This document shows positions 19,217-29,073 of a DNA stretch of 64,000 bases, piece after piece. Source of the DNA: Candidatus Magasanikiibacteriota bacterium (GTDB lineage Bacteria; Patescibacteriota; Patescibacteriia; Magasanikbacterales; UBA922); NCBI GenBank assembly GCA_903837125.1, contig CAILTG010000021.1, positions 11,627 to 75,626 of the forward strand, given 5' to 3'. The number at the start of each line of letters is the position of its first letter. Within the stretch, counting starts at the first letter, position 1. The notes under the pieces were generated by a model. The model was not told the DNA's origin. It was given only the letters and a program-made list of their open reading frames with translations, and ran no database searches. Made by a program: the position numbers and the translations under genes.

Positions 19217-20896
19217 TTATTTAACAACGGCTACCTCTTTATTTTCTACTTTTTCCATAGACAACAAAACCTCTGCTGACGGTTTAAGAGGAATCCAAAA
19301 CCCAAATTCACTCCCCTTTCCTAAACCAGGACTTTTGGCCCAAACCTTACCGCCATGAGTCTCAATAAATTTTTTACAAACAAACAATCCCAATCCAGTA
19401 CCCGTAACATTTATATCTTTAACATTTTCCCCGCGATAAAATTTAGTAAAAAAACTTACTTCATCTTTTTTATCAAAACCCAAACCTTTATCATTTACCT
19501 TTACTTCAACACCTTCCTCACCTTGTTCAACAGTAATCTTAATTTCACCTTTTTCTGTATATTTAATGGCATTATCCACAAAATTAAATATCACATGTCG
19601 TACTTTTTCGTCATCCATGTTAATTGATAATTTTTTAAATTCTGGCTTCCATTTTAAACTCAAACCTTTATCCTTGGCCCTAGCACTTAATTCTGTAACC
19701 ACACCTTTAATTAATTCCACCATATCATAATCATGAAAAACAAACTTGGTCCGGCCTTGTTCAATTCGACTAACATCCAAAAATTCATCAACCAATTTAA
19801 TCAATCTTTCGTTACTCATATCCATATTATCCAAAGTACCCAACAACTCTTTGCTGGCCTTGCCATAAGCGCCATCTTTAATTAATTCAATATAACCTTT
19901 CAAAATAGATAACGGCGTACGTAATTGATGTGAAGCAATTGATAAAAATTCGGTTTTTTGTTTATCCAAGTCTTGAAGACGAATATTGACGCTTTGAAGT
20001 TCTTTGTAAAGAATTTCTAATTGTTCACGTTGTTTAACCTCCATTATTACACTTTTAATTAACCAAATACCTACACTTAAAACTAAAAGAAAAAGACTGC
20101 TTCTAAATATTACAGTAACTAAATCATTAGACATGACAACTTCAAGTAAAATGGCAACAGATAAAATAAAAGCCAATAATTCAGTAGAAATTATTTTAAT
20201 GTTTAAGAAATTATGTTTAATAATGGAGTATCCAGTAAAAAACACAAAAGGAATAACAAATATTGCACCAAAAGGCACAAAGGACGAATTGTTTAAAAAA
20301 GCTGGAAAAATAAAATTAAATATGATAATCAAAACAAAGGTCATTAGTGTACCCCACAAAATTAAACGCAATGAGCCTTTTTCGGTATTTTTTGAATACC
20401 AAATTTTCTTTAACAAAGAAAAAAGAGCAAACATTACCAAACCAACACTAAAAATTCCGAAAATTCCTATCAAAGGTCCGTTTTCTATATTAACGATACG
20501 CCCTTCAGCACTCACTTTGGAGACATGGCTGAAGACCATTGGAGTAAGAGTTAACAAAGAGACTAAAGCAGTACATGGCAAAAGGCCAAATTTATACCAT
20601 TTTTTATACAAAAATGTAGTCTCTGGAAAAACATAAAATAATTGAAAAATAAAAAAAGCCTGCCAAACAGCTGAAAACATTACTAGTCGCACTATCCAAA
20701 ATGCCCAAAACAAAGAGATACTCTGACCATTTAAATAGTTGACTATCCCCCAGAATGAAGTTACTAATGAAAAAAATAAAAATGTATAACTAGTTGAACT
20801 TTTACGATTACTAAAATAAATAACACAAGCCAATATTATTATTGATGAAATTACCAAACCGACAATAAATAAATTAAGATTTATAAGTGTATTCAT
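19217..20896 (-). CDS. Histidine kinase with multi-pass (HisKA_7TM-like) membrane sensor domain
   Basis: About 9 hydrophobic helices, YSIIKHNFLNI, H-box IASHQLRTPL, NFVDNAIKY, DKGLG, GTGLGL; no adjacent response regulator. Confidence 0.9.
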   Translation of the reverse strand: MNTLINLNLFIVGLVISSIIILACVIYFSNRKSSTSYTFLFFSLVTSFWGIVNYLNGQSISLFWAFWIVRLVMFSAVWQAFFIFQLFYVFPETTFLYKKWYKFGLLPCTALVSLLTLTPMVFSHVSKVSAEGRIVNIENGPLIGIFGIFSVGLVMFALFSLLKKIWYSKNTEKGSLRLILWGTLMTFVLIIIFNFIFPAFLNNSSFVPFGAIFVIPFVFFTGYSIIKHNFLNIKIISTELLAFILSVAILLEVVMSNDLVTVIFRSSLFLLVLSVGIWLIKSVIMEVKQREQLEILYKELQSVNIRLQDLDKQKTEFLSIASHQLRTPLSILKGYIELIKDGAYGKASKELLGTLDNMDMSNERLIKLVDEFLDVSRIEQGRTKFVFHDYDMVELIKGVVTELSARAKDKGLSLKWKPEFKKLSINMDDEKVRHVIFNFVDNAIKYTEKGEIKITVEQGEEGVEVKVNDKGLGFDKKDEVSFFTKFYRGENVKDINVTGTGLGLFVCKKFIETHGGKVWAKSPGLGKGSEFGFWIPLKPSAEVLLSMEKVENKEVAVVK

Positions 20897-20925
20897 GTTA
20901 TTATTATAACACGTTTTATAAAAAA

Positions 20926-21978
20926 TTACTCAAAAATTATTTTTGGTTCCATTTTTGAAGACCTGTCACTTGGTTCTCCACCATAACCAACACGAAAAAG
21001 TAGAGGTATTATTTTATCCTTAGCATTATAAAACTTACAAATAGTGCTATAAGCCATTTTAACTTCTTCAACCTGTTTGACCGTAAAACCTTCTGTTTCT
21101 CCACCCATAATTCTTTGCATAAAAAATAACGCCCCAGTTACTGGATGAAGACTTAAACCCATTTTTGTCGCCTTTAACCAAATTCTCTCAAATAAACGTC
21201 CAGCTTTTACAAAACTCTGAATTGAATTATCATCAATCAAAATTGCTCCAATTACCGCAGATTTAACATAAACCTTTGCATTCTCGTTGGCCACAATTTT
21301 ATGAAAACCCAAATAACTAAAAAATTTCATCACCGGCCAGTGACTAAAAGCCTTAAAAATCGCCGTAACCACAGGGTTCATTTCTAAAGTTTTTACATAC
21401 AAGCCGGTCTTTTTCTCCAATTCTTCCCGTTTGCTCCAAACAGTATGATGAAAAAATATGTTATGCAATTTCTTTACAGTCAAAACTATTTTTTCATTTA
21501 TCCCAGACACTCTAACAATAACACGTTTTTCCTTTTCATCTTCAATTAATTTTAACTCTCCAAAACCAATCTCTTTAACTGCCGACAATAATTCCTCTTT
21601 TTGTTTCCCAGTCAACATTTTATCCTCATAAGGTTTTCGATTAGTACATCTAAGACTAACAAAATCATTAAGTTCATCAATTTCTATGTCTTTTTTAATC
21701 AAATCCAACACAGCCACCAAATTTCTATCGTGCTCGTCAGGAAATAAACTTACATTGGTTTCATAACCATAGCTTGTAGCCACAATTTTAATATTCTCGA
21801 TAATACAACCATGTGCAATATAAGAACCTTTCTGTTCATAATTATAAAAAGGAATATCTCTTTCCGCTAAATTATAAACATAAATTTTATTTTCTCTAAC
21901 CTTAAATTGCCACGGCTGTGAATTATCTCCGGAAGGAGCATTAACAGAAGCTTTAATAATTTCTCCAAAAATATTCAT
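20926..21978 (-). CDS. Nitroreductase-fold FMN protein (Acg/Rv1355c C-terminal-like)
   Basis: APSGDNSQPWQF, G..IEN, RCTNR..Y, GRLFERIWL.AT..GL..HP, FRVGY. Confidence 0.85.
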   Translation of the reverse strand: MNIFGEIIKASVNAPSGDNSQPWQFKVRENKIYVYNLAERDIPFYNYEQKGSYIAHGCIIENIKIVATSYGYETNVSLFPDEHDRNLVAVLDLIKKDIEIDELNDFVSLRCTNRKPYEDKMLTGKQKEELLSAVKEIGFGELKLIEDEKEKRVIVRVSGINEKIVLTVKKLHNIFFHHTVWSKREELEKKTGLYVKTLEMNPVVTAIFKAFSHWPVMKFFSYLGFHKIVANENAKVYVKSAVIGAILIDDNSIQSFVKAGRLFERIWLKATKMGLSLHPVTGALFFMQRIMGGETEGFTVKQVEEVKMAYSTICKFYNAKDKIIPLLFRVGYGGEPSDRSSKMEPKIIFE

Positions 21979-21988
21979 ATATTTAAGA

Positions 21989-23143
21989 TTATTTTTTACT
22001 CATGATTTTTATAAATTTTATCGTTTCTTTTAAACGATAAACCTTTTGGCTAAATCTTTTATAATCACTTTCAAATATTTTATCCAAATTAATCTGATAA
22101 CGTCCGGATTTTATTTTTTTTCCATCAACCAAAATTTTTCTGATTAAATAAGCTAGAGCCGTACCACATAAATTTGCCGCCGTACCCAATTGCGGCCAAG
22201 AATACAAAGACTTCCCTACTTCCACTACCGATTGTTGCATTCGTGAGGTAGCCAAAGTTGCCCCCGCAATCTTGGCTGCCACTCTCGGCAGATCTTTAGG
22301 ATCTAAATTTTTGAATTGATCAAGAGAAATATCCCCAGCCAAACCATTAAAAATCTTCTGTTTTTTGTTTGAATCATATCTTTCAATATCCACAAAAATA
22401 TTATCACCATTATCAGTAGCCATTAAGACCGGAATTCTTGCTTCTTGAGCTAAAAATCTAGACTTAAATTTAAAATAAGGATTATCCATTTCTTCAATCA
22501 AAATATCTAATTTCGAATTCAAAATAACTTCATCAATATTTTCCTCAGTCAATCCCTGTAGATAAATTTTAATATTAGCGTAAGGATTAATTTCAAAAAT
22601 TTTTCTGGCTACCGCAACTGTTTTGGGTAAACCTAAATCATTTACACCTATTCTAATACGATTTAAATTAGAACCAGAAATCGAATCAGGATCCACTAAT
22701 ACAAAATTTTTAGCTCCACCAGTCATGGCAATGGTTAAAGCCGCATGACTGCCAACACTCAGACCCAAGACACCAACAGTAGCAGAATAATACTTTTCCT
22801 GTTCTTCTTGGGTAATCAAAAAATGATTGCGACCGGTACGCATTTCAAAATGTAAATTTTCCGGCAAAACATGAACCAAAGTATTTATCCATGGGAAAAA
22901 AAACCAATTTCCCCACTCATCAAACTCCTTACCCTCACGCATTTTATTTACAAACAATTTCTGTTCTTCTTGAAAATTCTTATTAAATCTATATTTTGGA
23001 TTACGCAATAAAAAAATTTCTTCCAGTTGTTCTCTACAAGTATCCACTATCACCAATTCCTTTCTGACGGAAATAAAAGAAGACAGCTGGCTAAAACTCA
23101 ACCAGTTAGGCTGCCACGATTGGCGATCAACTTTTTCTTGCAT
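21989..23143 (-). CDS. ThiF/MoeB-like adenylyltransferase, Rv1355c type
   Basis: WFFFPW...LVHVL...RTGRN..LIT.EEQ, VLGLSVG, DPDSISGSNLNR, G.PK, DIERYD, SWPQLG. Confidence 0.85.
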   Translation of the reverse strand: MQEKVDRQSWQPNWLSFSQLSSFISVRKELVIVDTCREQLEEIFLLRNPKYRFNKNFQEEQKLFVNKMREGKEFDEWGNWFFFPWINTLVHVLPENLHFEMRTGRNHFLITQEEQEKYYSATVGVLGLSVGSHAALTIAMTGGAKNFVLVDPDSISGSNLNRIRIGVNDLGLPKTVAVARKIFEINPYANIKIYLQGLTEENIDEVILNSKLDILIEEMDNPYFKFKSRFLAQEARIPVLMATDNGDNIFVDIERYDSNKKQKIFNGLAGDISLDQFKNLDPKDLPRVAAKIAGATLATSRMQQSVVEVGKSLYSWPQLGTAANLCGTALAYLIRKILVDGKKIKSGRYQINLDKIFESDYKRFSQKVYRLKETIKFIKIMSKK

Positions 23144-23147
23144 ATAT

Positions 23148-24659
23148 CTATTTTTTTACCCATTTCTGTTTTATACCCGACCTAAAATGAGTTAAATCCT
23201 CATAGGGCCAAAATACTATTTTAGGAAATACTTTATGTCCTTTATCCTCATAAGTGCGCCGATATTCAGAATTTTCTTTTAACAACCTATCAAAAACAAT
23301 TTCACCAACCAATTTATGTAAATCACTAGTCTCACTAACCCCAGATTTTAATTCAACATTAATTTCTAAACATTGGTTTAATTTATCATCATCTATTACC
23401 AACATAGTAAACTTACCAGTAATTTTGTCTTCTAAAACATCCTCTTGCAAAGCTCTTCTGACAGTTTCCGGGTAAATATTGAAAGCATAAAAACTAACCG
23501 AAAAATCTGATCTTTCAAACACATAAACAAAAGGTAAATTCCAAACAGTAGAATTTAATTTGGCTTTGCCAATTTCTTGTTCTAATTTTATACCAGAGGC
23601 TAAAAATTTATCCTTAATTTGAGAAAAAGTATACATTCCACCATGATCGTGTAAATCATAGCGAACCAAAGGCAACCCACTATAAGCTGAACATAACAAA
23701 TTCCCTTCTTCATTTTCAAAATAGAACATTTCTGGAAGAAACTGCGTAAGTGTGGGTGTCTTAGTTATATCGCCAAAAATATCCTTATACAATGGCTCCT
23801 TAGCCAACGCCATTCTGCGAATAAGTATTGAAGCTGGCGTTTCATGAGACATAGTTCCTAAATCTACGGTGCCATAATGATTCAGAGTAGTAGTGTAGGG
23901 ATTTTTTAATCCAGTCTTTTTAATTACATAATCGCGAAAATTTTCACTAAAAGCTTCAGCTGAAAATATAAAACCCAAATTATATTTTTTCCAATCCAAA
24001 CCCTGTCTGATTCCATCATCTAATGTATCCTTTAAAAAAGGAGCATAGGAACCAATAATAATCTGATCAAATTTATCTCCAAATTTTTTTACCGCTTTTA
24101 TAATTTCATTTTTATCAATGCTCGTAGTGATAATACTCAAAGGATATTTACCTTCCTCTGCTATGAGCCTAATAGCACTAAAAGTAAAAACCCCCCCAAT
24201 CCACGGACCCATTGGAAAAGCGTCTATATAAAGAGTAGACTTTTTATGAATTTGAAAATTTGTTCTTAAATACATCTCCGCAGTTCTAGCATACTGAAGA
24301 TCTTGTTCCTCTTCTCTAGGAAAATAAAAAGGCTCACCGGTAGAACCTGAAGTTGATGAAATAGTCCAACGCTTATCTTTTAAATTACCATCCCAACACA
24401 ATTTTTCTAAATCATAAATTTTTAAATAATTATGTTTATCAATTTTTGGAAGAAATTTAAAATCTTCTATAGTTTTTATTTTAGCAACAGAAATTTTATT
24501 CTTTTTTAAAAAATCTTTATAAGCAGGCACTCTCTCGGCCATGGAATAAAAAAGACCTAAAGCCATTTTTTGACCTCTTTTTATCCAAAAATCTTCATCT
24601 TCTTTCTTTAATTTTTTCAACAACAATACTGGATCAGTAAAAATTTTAGACAAATACAT
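23148..24659 (-). CDS. Phenylacetate-CoA ligase (PaaK)-like adenylate-forming enzyme
   Basis: VPAYKDFL, STSGSTGEP (P-loop), YGTVD, PLVRYDLHD.G, R.D...F...NIYPE. Confidence 0.82.
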   Translation of the reverse strand: MYLSKIFTDPVLLLKKLKKEDEDFWIKRGQKMALGLFYSMAERVPAYKDFLKKNKISVAKIKTIEDFKFLPKIDKHNYLKIYDLEKLCWDGNLKDKRWTISSTSGSTGEPFYFPREEEQDLQYARTAEMYLRTNFQIHKKSTLYIDAFPMGPWIGGVFTFSAIRLIAEEGKYPLSIITTSIDKNEIIKAVKKFGDKFDQIIIGSYAPFLKDTLDDGIRQGLDWKKYNLGFIFSAEAFSENFRDYVIKKTGLKNPYTTTLNHYGTVDLGTMSHETPASILIRRMALAKEPLYKDIFGDITKTPTLTQFLPEMFYFENEEGNLLCSAYSGLPLVRYDLHDHGGMYTFSQIKDKFLASGIKLEQEIGKAKLNSTVWNLPFVYVFERSDFSVSFYAFNIYPETVRRALQEDVLEDKITGKFTMLVIDDDKLNQCLEINVELKSGVSETSDLHKLVGEIVFDRLLKENSEYRRTYEDKGHKVFPKIVFWPYEDLTHFRSGIKQKWVKK

Positions 24660-24665
24660 AATTCA

Positions 24666-25736
24666 TTATAAATACGAAGAGATAATATTTTCTGCTATTT
24701 CATCGGCTAAAATGTTGGGGGCTTTATTTTTTTCCTTTGATTCAGTAAAAATCATATCCAAACTGGCAGCAATATTATCAATTTTTTTAATAATTCTACT
24801 TTTGTCATGCTCCTCATTCTCATATTGGTCCACCACGCTCATAATACCCGCCCCATTAATAATAAAATCCGGTGCGTAAAGTATGCCTCTTTTATGTAAT
24901 AATTCACCCGTTTTTGGCTCATCAAGTTGATTATTAGCTGAACCGGCAATAATTTTACACTTTAATTGTGGCACCTTGCCACTGGTAATAGCATGGCTTA
25001 AAGCGCAAGGACAATACACGTCAACATCTTGTAAATATATTTTTAAAGGACTAATAATTTGTACTTTAGGAAACCTTAATTTTGCTAACCATGCTCTATG
25101 AGCATTAATATCTGTAACATAGATTTTGTCAGCTTTTTCCTTCATTAAAAATTTAAGCAACGGCCACCCAGTCTTACCCAAACCCTGAATCGCAAAACTG
25201 TGGCCAGCAATGTCTGTACTACCATAAATATGTTTTAAAGCCACTTTTATGCCTGCCAAAACCCCTATAGCCGTAAAATAACCTGAGTCTACTCCTGTAC
25301 CAATCATAAAAGAACTTTCAGAGTGCATAATATCCAAGTCCTTATTAGTTACACCTACGTCAGTGCCAGTCACAAACGCACCCATCAATTCATTTACCTT
25401 TTGAGCATAAACCTTAAATAACTGCTTGCGATTTGCCTGAGCCGTAGAATTATCAATTAAAGCAGCCTTTGCACCAGTATATGGCAGACCGGCTAAAGCT
25501 GACTTATAAGACATTAAACGTGAAAGACGCAAAGCATCACGCAAAGCCTCATGTTCATTTTGGTAATTCCAAATTCTGGTGGCACCCAAAGCAGGAAATT
25601 GCTTACGATTACGATGTATAGCTATATAGCCTTTTAAACCCACACTTTCATCTTCAACTTTAACCACTTTGTAGTGATTGTCATATTCTGGAAACATTTC
25701 TAAATCCTCCTTGGATAAGATTTTAGTTTCACTCAT
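24666..25736 (-). CDS. Glu/Leu/Phe/Val dehydrogenase (leucine dehydrogenase-like)
   Basis: IAIH...PALGATR, LRLSRLMSYK, GAKA, TDVG, QGLGKTG, PCAL, GSANNQL, YAPDFIINGAG. Confidence 0.9.
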   Translation of the reverse strand: MSETKILSKEDLEMFPEYDNHYKVVKVEDESVGLKGYIAIHRNRKQFPALGATRIWNYQNEHEALRDALRLSRLMSYKSALAGLPYTGAKAALIDNSTAQANRKQLFKVYAQKVNELMGAFVTGTDVGVTNKDLDIMHSESSFMIGTGVDSGYFTAIGVLAGIKVALKHIYGSTDIAGHSFAIQGLGKTGWPLLKFLMKEKADKIYVTDINAHRAWLAKLRFPKVQIISPLKIYLQDVDVYCPCALSHAITSGKVPQLKCKIIAGSANNQLDEPKTGELLHKRGILYAPDFIINGAGIMSVVDQYENEEHDKSRIIKKIDNIAASLDMIFTESKEKNKAPNILADEIAENIISSYL

Positions 25737-26830
25737 ACATTTTTGATATCAAGTGTTCCCACTACATCATTGATATTATTATACCCATCCTTATTTAAAA
25801 GCTTAATTAATTCTTTATTTATTTTTTTTATAACCAAGGGCCCGCCATAAATCCACCCAGTAATCAGTTGTACGGCTGTGGCTCCAGCCTTTATCTTAGC
25901 ATAAGCATCGTCAGCCGTAAATATTCCACCAACTCCGATTATTTTTAATTTTCCTGCTGAACGCTGGTAAACATAACTGATTATCTCGTTACTCTTATCT
26001 TTTAAGAGAGCGCCAGATATACCACCAGAATGAGTTAGTTCCTCTGGATTGGATTTAAATTTAACTCCACTCCGATCTTTAATAAGATTAGAGATTACTA
26101 AACCAGTAATTTTATTGGCCAAACAAGTTTCAATAACTTCGTCTAATTCCTGATGACTGAAATGCGGACCAATTTTAAAATATATATCTTTTTTTATATT
26201 TTCCAAATCCATCTTCTGTCTCACGGCTTCAGCTAATTCTTTAATAAAAGAAACTTGAGCAAACTGCTCACAACTAGCTACATTCGGACAACTCACATTT
26301 AAAGTCACATAATCTGCAAATTGTTGCAGTGCTAAAAAGGTTTTAAGATAATCTTCAGTCATTTTTGCTAATTCTAAGCTTGTGGTAGGAGCAATACTAA
26401 TTCCCAAAGGTACAGCATGTTTTAAGCCAGCTAATTCTTGAATAGTTTTTTCTGCTCCAGCATTGCTTAAACCATAATTTACGATTAAACCATTATCTTT
26501 TGGTATGCGCCATAAACGCGGCTTAGGATTGCCTGATTGTTCCTCATAAGTAATAGAACCTAATTCAGCAAAGCCAAAACCAATCATGGAATAAGCCAAA
26601 GGCGCGTCTATATATTTATCAAAACCAGCGGCCAAGCCAATAGGATTTTCTAATTTCCAACTTCCTAAATGCACTTTTAATTTTTCACTGCCTAATTTAA
26701 AAAACTTTGACAATAACCAATTAAAAATTTTAATTCTGCTTACCAAACCCAAACCTTTAGCCACTATTACATGAATTTTTTCTGGATCAATCTTAAAAAA
26801 TAAAGGGCGTATTATATATTTATAAAACAT
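25733..26830 (-). CDS. pyrD: Dihydroorotate dehydrogenase, class 2 (quinone) type
   Basis: DPE.IH N-terminus, NPIGLAAGFDK, GNPKPRL.R, NVSCPN, GGISG, IIGVGGI, GATAVQL. Confidence 0.92.
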   Translation of the reverse strand: MFYKYIIRPLFFKIDPEKIHVIVAKGLGLVSRIKIFNWLLSKFFKLGSEKLKVHLGSWKLENPIGLAAGFDKYIDAPLAYSMIGFGFAELGSITYEEQSGNPKPRLWRIPKDNGLIVNYGLSNAGAEKTIQELAGLKHAVPLGISIAPTTSLELAKMTEDYLKTFLALQQFADYVTLNVSCPNVASCEQFAQVSFIKELAEAVRQKMDLENIKKDIYFKIGPHFSHQELDEVIETCLANKITGLVISNLIKDRSGVKFKSNPEELTHSGGISGALLKDKSNEIISYVYQRSAGKLKIIGVGGIFTADDAYAKIKAGATAVQLITGWIYGGPLVIKKINKELIKLLNKDGYNNINDVVGTLDIKNV

Positions 26831-26833
26831 ACT

Positions 26834-27334
26834 TTAAAAATCAGCCACATGGTATTCATGCATTAGATAAATATCGGAAATTAACATAATAATTGAAAGC
26901 AATAAAGAACCAAGACAATAACTACAAAGAAAACCAATCAAAGCTATCTGTACATAAAGTAACCATAAAGAAAACAAAACTGCCACAGTGGCTAAGACTA
27001 GAAGCAGAACCAAAACTTCTGCTAAATTTTTTTTATACAAAAGATAAGAAAATATTAAAGACAAACATAAATAATAAACCAACCCCAAAACCGCCACTGG
27101 TACATGCCAAATTGCGGCATACTGGCTACTGCCAACTTTTCCGCAATTTATGATTCCGCCATGCAAGGGACAAACATCACTGGGATGATAGTATTCATAG
27201 GTGAGAAAACTGGCATCAAACATTCCTAAAATTCCAATTAACAAACCAAGCACTAAAAACCACTTTGGCAAAGTTTTTTTCCAATGTTTTTCTTTAATAT
27301 AATTTACCAATTTGGTATATATGGCCATAATCAA
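26834..27334 (-). CDS. Vitamin K epoxide reductase (VKOR) family protein
   Basis: Loop cysteines C-x8-C, V.SSQYA, PVAVLG, CSYC in a TM helix. Confidence 0.88.
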   Translation of the reverse strand: MIMAIYTKLVNYIKEKHWKKTLPKWFLVLGLLIGILGMFDASFLTYEYYHPSDVCPLHGGIINCGKVGSSQYAAIWHVPVAVLGLVYYLCLSLIFSYLLYKKNLAEVLVLLLVLATVAVLFSLWLLYVQIALIGFLCSYCLGSLLLSIIMLISDIYLMHEYHVADF

Positions 27335-27381
27335 TAATCGTTAATTTATTATTAGTGCGTATTAGTGCGTAAATTAGTGGT

Positions 27382-29070
27382 CTACATTTCTTCAACTGTT
27401 TCTATACCCAACAAATCTAACCCTTTTTCCATAGTTTCTTTAACCTTTTTTATTAATTGAAAACGAAAATTAAGAACAGTTTCCTCCGCCCCCAAAACTG
27501 GACAGGTTTGATAAAAATTATTAAAAGCTTGCGCTAAATCAAACAAATATCTAGCAATCTGTGAAGGGTCCTCGGAGTCTGTGGCTATTTTAATTGTCTC
27601 TTCAAACTTTAATAATTCTAACAAAAGTTTCTTTTCTACCGGCTCAACTGAATTTGAAATTTGAAATTTGAAATTTGAAATTTTTGATTTTTTCAATATG
27701 CTGTTGATGCGAGCTACAATATAAAGCAAATAAGGCCCACTACTACCCGTTAAAGAAATAGCTTCATTTACATCAAACACAATGTCATTTTCAGTGCCAG
27801 TTTTTAAAATAAAATATTTAACCGCGGCCACAGCTATTTTAGCAATTACTTTATCCTTATCTTTTATTTTACGAGCCAACATTACTTCGGCAATCTTTTT
27901 TTCAGCTTCGTCAAGCAGCCACTCAGCCAAAACTACATTTCCCGTACGCGAACTCATTTTACCTTCTTTTAAACTCACCCAACCATAAACCAAATGTTCC
28001 TCCCTACCTTTGCTTTCAGGCAGAGTGAATTCCAAGGCTTTAAAAATAACTTTAAAATATTCAGTCTGTTCTTTGGCCACGACATGTAAAATTCTAGCTG
28101 GATTATATTCTTTAAATTGCATTCGAGCCAAGGCCTGGTCTTTGGCTTCATAAGTTGGCAAGCCTTTGCTGTTGATAAACACTCGGTCGTGCAGACCATA
28201 TTTACTTCCTTCAAAAATGACCGCTCCTTCGCTTTTCTTAAAAATTCCACTCTTTATACCTTCTATAACAATTTTTTTACCTAATTCAAAAGTTTCTGAT
28301 TCAAAATACAAACGATCAAACTTTTTAATGCCTACTCTTTTATAAATATAATCAAAATAATCCAAACTCCATTTTCTGGTTTTTTTATACAACCCAACCA
28401 AAGATTTATCTTTACTATAAATCTTGGCATTCAAAGCTTCAATTTCTTTTTTTACCTGCTCGCTACTCTCAAAAGCTTTACCCCCATTAGCATACACCAC
28501 CCCCAAAAATTTTGCTCGTTCACTGGTGGTTTTTAATTTTGAAATTTCTGTCTGATAATTTGGAACCTGTAAAATTCCCCACAAACACTTGGCAATATGC
28601 ATACCCACATCTCCCTGATAATTTGCACGCACTACCCTATGACCTTGATTTTCAAACAATCTCACCATGCTCTCGCCAGTAGTCATGGTGCGTAAATGTC
28701 CAATATGCACCGGCTTGTGAGTATTAGGATGAGCAAACTCCACCATGATCTTTTCCTTTTTTTTGATTATTTTTTGTTTTTTTTCTGATAAAACAATTTT
28801 TGCTAATTCTTGTGCGTTCAAATAAAAATTTGCATACGGCCCGATTGCTTCAATTTTTTCTATCAATCCACCAGTTTCCAAGTTTTTTAATTTCTCAACA
28901 ATTTCTCTGGCACAATCCAGCGGACTTTTCTTCCATTCTTTTGCTAAACCAAAACAGGCAAATGCCAAATCACCCATTTCTGGATTTGGTGGAATCGTAA
29001 AATTTACCAGACCAGTAACTCCTGCTTTTTTTAATAATCTTTCTATTTCAATTTTTATTTGTTCCAACAT
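27382..29070 (-). CDS. argS: Arginine--tRNA ligase
   Basis: VEFAHPNTHKPVHIGHLR, KMSSRTG, GPYLLY..AR..SIL, FNNFY..CPVL. Confidence 0.96.
   Translation of the reverse strand: MLEQIKIEIERLLKKAGVTGLVNFTIPPNPEMGDLAFACFGLAKEWKKSPLDCAREIVEKLKNLETGGLIEKIEAIGPYANFYLNAQELAKIVLSEKKQKIIKKKEKIMVEFAHPNTHKPVHIGHLRTMTTGESMVRLFENQGHRVVRANYQGDVGMHIAKCLWGILQVPNYQTEISKLKTTSERAKFLGVVYANGGKAFESSEQVKKEIEALNAKIYSKDKSLVGLYKKTRKWSLDYFDYIYKRVGIKKFDRLYFESETFELGKKIVIEGIKSGIFKKSEGAVIFEGSKYGLHDRVFINSKGLPTYEAKDQALARMQFKEYNPARILHVVAKEQTEYFKVIFKALEFTLPESKGREEHLVYGWVSLKEGKMSSRTGNVVLAEWLLDEAEKKIAEVMLARKIKDKDKVIAKIAVAAVKYFILKTGTENDIVFDVNEAISLTGSSGPYLLYIVARINSILKKSKISNFKFQISNSVEPVEKKLLLELLKFEETIKIATDSEDPSQIARYLFDLAQAFNNFYQTCPVLGAEETVLNFRFQLIKKVKETMEKGLDLLGIETVEEM
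27651..27683. repeat. (AATTTGA)4-AATTT heptamer array inside argS
   Basis: Encodes part of KISNFKFQISNS; identical to 8479-8511. Confidence 0.9.
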
Positions 29071-29073
29071 AAA

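Noticed and set aside
19154-25736. RiPP cluster interpretation of the ThiF cassette
   Set aside because: No precursor-peptide ORF fits the tiny intergenic gaps, and no peptidase or exporter is present.
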